Origin: an uncultured virus (IMG/VR IMGVR_UViG_3300021961_000087)
Taxonomy: Duplodnaviria; Heunggongvirae; Uroviricota; Caudoviricetes; Crassvirales
IMG/VR virus record: IMGVR_UViG_3300021961_000087
DNA: 64,000 bases
Reading direction: 5' to 3' (one strand)
Made by a program: the position numbers and the translations under genes. A model generated the notes under the pieces. That model was not told the origin of the DNA. It saw nothing but the letters and a program-made list of their open reading frames with translations, and did no database searches. This document shows positions 57,753 through 64,000 of the stretch, one piece after another (within the stretch, counting starts at the first letter, position 1; each line of letters begins with the position of its first letter).

Positions 57753-58691
57753 TTATGGATTTTTTTCTTGCTGTTGTTTAGCCATATTGAATTGCGTAAC
57801 TTCAGTCTCACGAATAGATACACCACAATACTGAAGAATCCTTGTAACCAATTTGTATTCATCTTCAATAGGTAATTCAAAATCTTGATAATCATTTTGT
57901 GATTGGTCAAATACCGGTTCACCATTTGAAAGTGTAATATAGGTCCACTTAGGAACCTTAGGGAATCTAAAGTAAGTAGCCTGAACTTGACCCTTGTTGC
58001 TTATTGTTGCAGGGTAAATAGTCAACTCAGTGCCCTGTATAGTATATGCAGGATATTGAATTGTAGGCGCAGTTAAATTAGAATTATTAAGAAGTGTCAT
58101 ATTTGAATTAATAACCTTCTCTGCTTGCGTAACAGTTGCAGATGAAAATACGCTATAAACATTTCCTGCTGCTAAAAATATATTTGAATCTAAAAGGATT
58201 GCTGTATTACTAAGCACTGATGAAACTGTTGATACCAATCCTGTTGTAAGGTTTGTAACAACATCACCTGCTACAATATCATCAGTTGTAAAAGTTGCTG
58301 TACTGTCAACTAATTGACCACTTACAACGGACGTGTTGGTTCCTGTCTTTAAATTAACAGGCTTACACTCAACGTCTAATAACATATAAGCAGAATATCC
58401 TGTTGTAGCAGGAGTAGGTACTGAAAATCTATTAGCAGAAATTTTAGATAAATAGTCTTTTCTTAAAAAAGATTCCATTGTCTCAGCAATTGGTTGCTCC
58501 ATATCGGCATAATTAACGCCTGCTGCACGAGCATTTTCTAAATTGATAACAGCATTGTAGCTGCTAAAATACTCCTCATAGATTTCCATTTGTGCATTCT
58601 GAGCATACAAATTAAAATCAGAAGGAGAGATGTATCCGTAGTTATTTTTATTCAGTACAGACAACACCATATTTCTTACTGAGTTTATCAT
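57753..58691 (-). CDS. Tail tubular/adaptor protein with inserted beta domain
   Basis: 'LNKNNYGYISP.DFNL.A..AQ', 'Y.R.PK.PKW', 'DFELP'; start taken at MINSV. Confidence 0.65.
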   Translation of the reverse strand: MINSVRNMVLSVLNKNNYGYISPSDFNLYAQNAQMEIYEEYFSSYNAVINLENARAAGVNYADMEQPIAETMESFLRKDYLSKISANRFSVPTPATTGYSAYMLLDVECKPVNLKTGTNTSVVSGQLVDSTATFTTDDIVAGDVVTNLTTGLVSTVSSVLSNTAILLDSNIFLAAGNVYSVFSSATVTQAEKVINSNMTLLNNSNLTAPTIQYPAYTIQGTELTIYPATISNKGQVQATYFRFPKVPKWTYITLSNGEPVFDQSQNDYQDFELPIEDEYKLVTRILQYCGVSIRETEVTQFNMAKQQQEKNP

Positions 58692-58705
58692 TAGTTCTTT
58701 TTTTA

Positions 58706-58751
58706 CAAATATACATAAAAAAAAAGAGGGCACAATAAGTGCCCCCTCTTT
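58706..58751 (-). terminator. Terminator followed by a -7 promoter box
   Basis: GAGGGGGCAC-TTATT-GTGCCCTC followed by a T run, then TATATTTG at 58713-58706. Confidence 0.65.
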
Positions 58752-58778
58752 CAATCATCAATCAATAATCAACATCTA

Positions 58779-59522
58779 TTATCCTAAAGTTGCTTCTAAC
58801 ATCTTTAAGGAATCAATCCCTTCATCGCTCTGTAAGAAGTGGGCTACCATATCATATGGGTCTTCTCCGAACGGAACTGACAACATCTTCTTTTTATTGG
58901 TAGCGGTATTAAACCACACCTCTTTGTCGCCATTTCTTAATATCAATAACTTGTTCTCAAAGAATAAACGAACCTTTGCTTGGAACTTCAATTCAGGGTC
59001 GTTTAATATACTCAAGAACTCCTTAGGTTCTCTTTTAGCAAATACCAAGATGTCACGCTTTAACTCAGCAGTAGACACGGTAGATGGGTCTTTACCAAAC
59101 ATTACTCTTGTAAGAGTTTCAATTTGGTCTATTGAAAGCTGACGTGCTTCAACTAAAGCCTCAATCTCTAAGTCCAAATCTTGAACCTCTGCAGCAGCGT
59201 CTTTCTCTTTGTCCACTTCAGCGAAGATGGTACCATTTAATGGATGGTAATGTAAGAATTGCTGTAATACAGGATTGTTCTTTGGGACACGTAGAAAGCC
59301 ATCTTCAAAGATGATTGGCTCTAATGTAAAGTTCCCGTCTTGCTCGTCCTCAAATGGGGACTTCTGATTCGTTGCATATCTCAATGCACGATTAACATTG
59401 TTCTTCTCGTCAAACCACATTAGTGGGAATCGAGGATGGTTTCTTGAAGCTAATGTATAGCTCAATGGATTGCCTATTTTCAGCTTGTAGACTTTGTCTA
59501 CAGGTGTTGTACTTTTTGCCAT
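58779..59522 (-). CDS. Conserved hypothetical protein following the capsid gene
   Basis: 247 aa; 'RALRYA.NQKSPF.DEQ', 'IIFEDG.L.V'. Confidence 0.65.
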   Translation of the reverse strand: MAKSTTPVDKVYKLKIGNPLSYTLASRNHPRFPLMWFDEKNNVNRALRYATNQKSPFEDEQDGNFTLEPIIFEDGFLRVPKNNPVLQQFLHYHPLNGTIFAEVDKEKDAAAEVQDLDLEIEALVEARQLSIDQIETLTRVMFGKDPSTVSTAELKRDILVFAKREPKEFLSILNDPELKFQAKVRLFFENKLLILRNGDKEVWFNTATNKKKMLSVPFGEDPYDMVAHFLQSDEGIDSLKMLEATLG

Positions 59523-59546
59523 TTTGTATTTGATTTAATTTGATTT

Positions 59547-59578
59547 AAAAAAGGAGAGTGTCTTTGAAGACACCCTCC
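59547..59578 (-). terminator. Terminator after the major capsid gene, built on the 16-bp repeat
   Basis: GGAGGGTGTCT-TCAA-AGACACTCTCC followed by T6. Confidence 0.75.
59558..59573. repeat. 16-bp near-palindrome, copy 5 (inside the capsid terminator)
   Basis: Exact match. Confidence 0.9.
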
Positions 59579-59598
59579 CTGTAAATTATCTTCCTCTA

Positions 59599-61017
59599 TT
59601 AACCATAACGGAATAATACGAAGTTGTTTGCACCAAGGGTACATACGCAACGCTCAGACAGGAAGTTAACCTCCATTGCATCGAGGTCGCTTGTAGCAGC
59701 CCCACCGGCAGAACCTGTAATCCAAGTTTTGTATCTGCGGTCTTCAGCTTCAGAAGCACGGTAACGAACGTGTAAGAAAGGACGCTTAGCGTTCTTGCCC
59801 ATAATTTGGTCGTACACTGAAGTAGAACCTGCAGGAACCATTAAACCTGTAATAGTACCGGTTGCAGTTGCAGCAGTAGTATTTAAACCACCACGCATTG
59901 TTGGGTCATTTAGGTATTTCCAATCAGACTTGTAGAAGTCATAACCTCTACGGAAACCTGTGAAACCTAAGTTTAACGCCATATCAACATCGTTGTCGAA
60001 AAGACCGAATGAAGCTGATTGAGCAACACCACCTGAAGTGTAGCCATTCAATGTAGCTAACATATTGTCAATGTCGAAACTTAAACCACGATTTACGAAT
60101 ACAACGTTCTCTTCGATAGCACCTTGCTTATCAAGACGAGAAACGATAGAATCCCAATCGCTTAAAGTTGTTGGAGTACCACCACCCCAAACGTTACCAC
60201 GGTTGTTTACAACGTAGAAGATACCTTCAGAACCAATGTAACCTGCAGTTGCAGCACCTGAAGAAGATGCAGCCGGAACAGCTTCAATCATTGAAGTCTC
60301 TAAGTAATCTTCAAAACGTAAACGAGTTTCGTGCTCACTCTTTAAATACCAAAGGTATCCTGTAGCACCATTCTCAGTAGTTACTTCTACCCAACCGATT
60401 TGAGCCATATCAGAACCGTTAACCGCATACTTATCTTTGATGATAATAGGGTTGTTGCTGTAGATGTCATCTTCTGATTCTAATGAACCAACCATTCCGT
60501 TAGTTCCTTTTTTGAACTCAGAACCGTAAATGAATACAGTACATTGAGTACTTACTGCGAAAGCCTGACCTGCAGTCTCATAGTAAGCTACTGTGAAAGT
60601 AGTTGCTGAAGGAACTGCTGTTACGATAGCCTTGTTGAAAACACCTGAAGTGTTATTTTGAATCATCAAAGTTTGTCCAACACGGATAGCGATGTAAGTC
60701 ACACCTGAATCAGCTACAGTGAAAGTTGCGGTTGCCGCACCTGCTGCTGCTGCTGAAGTACAGTTAGTGTACTTAATGTGTAAACGTCCTTGTTCTGCCC
60801 ATTTGATTTGGTCAGAGTTAGACGGCATCTCTGCTCCTACCATACGTAAGAAAGATGCGATTGTTCTGTTACCATAACGCTCAAATTCTTTTTCGTATGT
60901 ATCAGGAAGATACTGATTCAAGAAGTTGAAGTTGGTAATGTAGTTTGTCTGTAACGCCACCTGCTCAGCACTTGGCTGCAATTGGTAGGTGGGGTTATTC
61001 AATAAAGCACTTGCCAT
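59599..61017 (-). CDS. Major capsid protein
   Basis: 472 aa after the scaffold; 'QYLPD.YEKEFERYGNR', 'WAEQGRLH', 'LGF.GFRRG'; strong terminator downstream. Confidence 0.8.
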   Translation of the reverse strand: MASALLNNPTYQLQPSAEQVALQTNYITNFNFLNQYLPDTYEKEFERYGNRTIASFLRMVGAEMPSNSDQIKWAEQGRLHIKYTNCTSAAAAGAATATFTVADSGVTYIAIRVGQTLMIQNNTSGVFNKAIVTAVPSATTFTVAYYETAGQAFAVSTQCTVFIYGSEFKKGTNGMVGSLESEDDIYSNNPIIIKDKYAVNGSDMAQIGWVEVTTENGATGYLWYLKSEHETRLRFEDYLETSMIEAVPAASSSGAATAGYIGSEGIFYVVNNRGNVWGGGTPTTLSDWDSIVSRLDKQGAIEENVVFVNRGLSFDIDNMLATLNGYTSGGVAQSASFGLFDNDVDMALNLGFTGFRRGYDFYKSDWKYLNDPTMRGGLNTTAATATGTITGLMVPAGSTSVYDQIMGKNAKRPFLHVRYRASEAEDRRYKTWITGSAGGAATSDLDAMEVNFLSERCVCTLGANNFVLFRYG

Positions 61018-61038
61018 TTTTTTTAAATTTTAATTGTT

Positions 61039-62136
61039 TTAAACTCTTTTTATACTGCGGATTTTCAGGTTTCTTCCTGAATCAGGGTTTACCGCTTTCA
61101 CCTGCATTCCTCCTGATGGAGTGCCAACTTCGGGTGCTTTCCGCTCTGACATATTGATGTTCTTGATTTTACGAGTAACATCATCAGTAGCGTCAGCCAT
61201 ACCTTGTTCGTAAAAATACTTAGCGAACTTATCAGGATTCATTGCTATAGCCAAAGACCTATGATAGCCTGATGCGTCTTTAATTAAACCTTGCTCATCT
61301 AAAAACTTATTAATAAAGTTCTGTGGTGTAGCTTGGCTCTTTTTTAACTCATTAGCGTCTCCCGGAGCAAACGTGAACTTCTTGTCATTAACATTGAACT
61401 CAAAACCTTTGAACTCTCCGCTAAAAACTTCGTTCGTCTTTTGGTCAAACCATTGACGTTTACGATTGTTCTCCTCTTCTATTGTCTTTGCCTGTTGGGT
61501 ATATTGCTTATAGCTTTCGTAGATTTCTTTTTCTCCATCGGGAATGAATGCCGTACTTGACTCAAGGGGCATTTTGTATTTCTCCTTCTGAGAATTGAAA
61601 AACTTCTTGGCTTCAGCAAGAACTTTCTTTTTTGCGATTTTTACTTTCTTAACAGTTGACTCATCATCCAATTCCTCATCGAATCTGTAATCATCCATTA
61701 AGACCTCAATGTCATCACTATCGAGTCCCTCCTGTGTAGCAGAGATGTATTCCTTAAGAAGTTGGTCAGGGTCCATTGCGTCAAAGTCCTTCTTTAACTT
61801 AAGAAAGTCTTCAAACCCACGACCTGTCTCCTTCTTATATTTCATATAAGCAGCTACATCTTCAGGTAGTGGCTCAGCTTCTTTACGCTCAGCAACTAAA
61901 TCATCTAAAGAGTTAATCTGCTTATTATATCTTTTACCAATATATGAAAGAACGTCTTCGTCTTTTAATTCAACCTCAGTTGATTGAGGTTCCGGTTCAG
62001 GCTCACTTTGCAATGGTTCCGGTTCCGGGTTGGTTTCTTGATTTAACGACTCCTCGTGTTTCTCAAGTAATTGTTGTTCCACTTCTTGAACACTCTTTGG
62101 TTCAATTATGTCTAAGGCTCTAACTTTTAATTCCAT
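61039..62136 (-). CDS. Capsid scaffolding protein
   Basis: Acidic, helical; lies between portal and capsid. Confidence 0.7.
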   Translation of the reverse strand: MELKVRALDIIEPKSVQEVEQQLLEKHEESLNQETNPEPEPLQSEPEPEPQSTEVELKDEDVLSYIGKRYNKQINSLDDLVAERKEAEPLPEDVAAYMKYKKETGRGFEDFLKLKKDFDAMDPDQLLKEYISATQEGLDSDDIEVLMDDYRFDEELDDESTVKKVKIAKKKVLAEAKKFFNSQKEKYKMPLESSTAFIPDGEKEIYESYKQYTQQAKTIEEENNRKRQWFDQKTNEVFSGEFKGFEFNVNDKKFTFAPGDANELKKSQATPQNFINKFLDEQGLIKDASGYHRSLAIAMNPDKFAKYFYEQGMADATDDVTRKIKNINMSERKAPEVGTPSGGMQVKAVNPDSGRNLKIRSIKRV

Positions 62137-62156
62137 TTGATTTAATTTAATTTATA

Positions 62157-62164
62157 CAAACTTA
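62157..62164 (-). promoter_or_regulatory. -7 promoter box (TAAGTTTG) for scaffold-capsid
   Basis: TAnnTTTG in an intergenic gap. Confidence 0.55.
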
Positions 62165-62183
62165 TACAAAAATTTTGACATTT

Positions 62184-64000
62184 TTAACGAGGCTCAAATT
62201 CGGCTAAGTCAAACCCATCCAAGCTATCCTCATTTGACTCAAAATTCATTGGCGGAAGATTGTTCTTTCTTTGATTAATTAATTTAGATTGCTCGGTATT
62301 TTGTTGACTAATTCTCTTCGCCTTGGCATCTTCTTTCATTTTTTCTCTTTCAGTTAAAGTGCCAATTTCCATACCGTGCATCTGCATATTGTAATCAAAC
62401 TCTTCACGCATTAATTGAGATTTAAGTTCAGCTTCCATTTGCACCTTTTGCATATCAAATGCAACCTCAGCTTGCTTAATCTTAATCTTTGAGTTGGTTT
62501 CCATTTCAATTTTCTGCATTGCCACTTGACCTGCCAACTCTTGAGACTTCAACTGCTGTTGAGAAATCATAGCTTGCTTTTGCATAGCCATCTTCTCCTC
62601 ACGTTCTTGAGTCTTAACTCTCTTAAGTTTCAGTAATTGATTAGCAAGTTTAAGATTGCGAATCTCACGAATGTCAATTGCATCCTCAAGATTAATGTCA
62701 CCCTTAGATAATGCCATTTGGATATTAGCCTCAAGCTGTGCTTTTTGCTCTTCATCAGGAGAAACCTCAATGAATATACCAAAGTCATAAATATAGAGTT
62801 CTTTAATCTCTTCTAATATAGATACGTTGTACTTACCAATTTGGTTTGCAAACTCATCTTTAAAATCAGAATATTGTAAAATATCAGCAATCCTGTATGT
62901 TAAAGCCTCTGCTAATGTACGATATACATACAAAGAACCTTCAAGAATATGTCTTGTAGCTGTATTAGAATTTAATGCAGCCAATTTCTGTAGACCAACC
63001 AATGAGTTAGGGTCAGGGTTAGAACCATCTCTTGCTTCGTTAAGACCGGTCACTGACCTAATCATATCAATATAGTGGTTCATATTTGTAATCAACATCT
63101 GCGTTTTAGCTGCACCTGAGTTAGATGTCAACTGAGTGATAGGCACTCTTGCATTGTTGAAGTCGCCATCTTGAGTAAAGCTACGTCCAATTACACTACC
63201 TGTTTGGAAGTATAATCTAAGTGCGTCCTCAGGATTGTATGCGTTACCTGTACCTAAGTCAATTTCGTTTAGACCATCGGCATCAATGAAGACACCATCA
63301 GGTACAGTACGAGCAATAACTTGTTGTAGTTTTAAGTGCGTTATTTGAATCAAGTCAGCAAATGGTATCATCCTTCTGCATAGTGATTCAATAGCACCTT
63401 TGTACATACGAGGAGCACAAGCAACATAGTTAGGTATTGCGTGTTGAGATGCTGACTTAGGACGAACCATATTCTCAGACATCTTCCACTGTAATAAGAT
63501 ATTGGTACCCATTACCATAATACCTTCATACCAAACATCAATAGTTTTTTCAATCTTTTCAAAGTTACCCTCTTCCATCATTTCAACAGGAGGGTTGAAA
63601 GTTTCGTCTTTCTCAATTACTCGAGAACCACCACCTTCAAGTTTTTTCTTTTTATAAACAACCTTTTTAGTTGTCTTATAATTAAAATACATCAATGTGC
63701 AAGTGTCTCTATAAAACATATCGTTTTGATAGAACTGTGCTACGTTATAATAATCATACCACGCTTGGCTGTATTGAGTAATTTCTTGCAAGTCTTCTTT
63801 AGTTAAAGATTGGTCAATCTTCATTAACTCAGTTAATGGTAATGTTTTAATCTCACCCCAATAAAAACAATCTTTAAAAAATGGGTCTTCTGTGTAACTA
63901 TAAACAACGTTAGCCGGGTCTACATAACTTATCTTAACACCTGTTCCTTGTAAGAACTCGTGCTTTGCAATACTAATACCAATAACAGTTTGGTCGTAAT
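62184..64000 (-). CDS. Portal protein, C-terminal ~600 aa (5'-truncated)
   Basis: Frame is open to the window end (YDQTVIG..YVDPANVVYS..); 'TGLNEARDGS', Q-rich coiled-coil C-terminus. Confidence 0.85.
   Translation of the reverse strand, partial: YDQTVIGISIAKHEFLQGTGVKISYVDPANVVYSYTEDPFFKDCFYWGEIKTLPLTELMKIDQSLTKEDLQEITQYSQAWYDYYNVAQFYQNDMFYRDTCTLMYFNYKTTKKVVYKKKKLEGGGSRVIEKDETFNPPVEMMEEGNFEKIEKTIDVWYEGIMVMGTNILLQWKMSENMVRPKSASQHAIPNYVACAPRMYKGAIESLCRRMIPFADLIQITHLKLQQVIARTVPDGVFIDADGLNEIDLGTGNAYNPEDALRLYFQTGSVIGRSFTQDGDFNNARVPITQLTSNSGAAKTQMLITNMNHYIDMIRSVTGLNEARDGSNPDPNSLVGLQKLAALNSNTATRHILEGSLYVYRTLAEALTYRIADILQYSDFKDEFANQIGKYNVSILEEIKELYIYDFGIFIEVSPDEEQKAQLEANIQMALSKGDINLEDAIDIREIRNLKLANQLLKLKRVKTQEREEKMAMQKQAMISQQQLKSQELAGQVAMQKIEMETNSKIKIKQAEVAFDMQKVQMEAELKSQLMREEFDYNMQMHGMEIGTLTEREKMKEDAKAKRISQQNTEQSKLINQRKNNLPPMNFESNEDSLDGFDLAEFEPR

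Noticed and set aside
39741..63075. + strand ORFs within the structural genes
   Set aside because: Antisense shadows with no independent support
1..64000. Stop-codon reassignment, prophage or integrase, virion RNA polymerase as in crAss-like phages
   Set aside because: Genes are full length in code 11, and no integrase, host flanks or RNA polymerase catalytic motif was recognised

Overview
The window appears to be an almost complete, circularly permuted genome of a podovirus-like dsDNA phage of Bacteroidota (Flavobacteriia-like host, judged from TAnnTTTG promoter boxes and SD-less A-rich translation starts). The portal gene is split across the window ends: its N-terminus is at 268->1 and its C-terminal ~600 aa at 64000->62184. 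Minus-strand late genes encode portal, scaffold, major capsid, tail/adaptor proteins, large internal proteins, GroEL/GroES, a cluster of small basic proteins, a lysis cassette (holins, M15 endolysin, candidate u-spanin), a 3280-aa repeat tail fibre with an S74 chaperone, and terminase. Plus-strand early/replication genes (25.4-39.2 kb) encode small unknown proteins, an SSAP, an exonuclease, SSB, primase-helicase, an SF2 helicase and VRR-NUC. I recognised no integrase, DNA polymerase or RNA polymerase. Four things stand out. (1) A glycosyltransferase + sulfotransferase + APS kinase + HIGH nucleotidyltransferase + DUF2061 cassette sits just downstream of the tail fibre and could be a PAPS-dependent virion sulfation system. 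(2) Five exact copies of a 16-bp near-palindrome are dispersed through the genome, three inside genes in different frames. (3) There is an anticodon-less tRNA-like RNA plus two smaller tRNA-like folds. (4) There are two homologous iteron/AT-rich origin-like loci. All calls are by eye; no searches were run.
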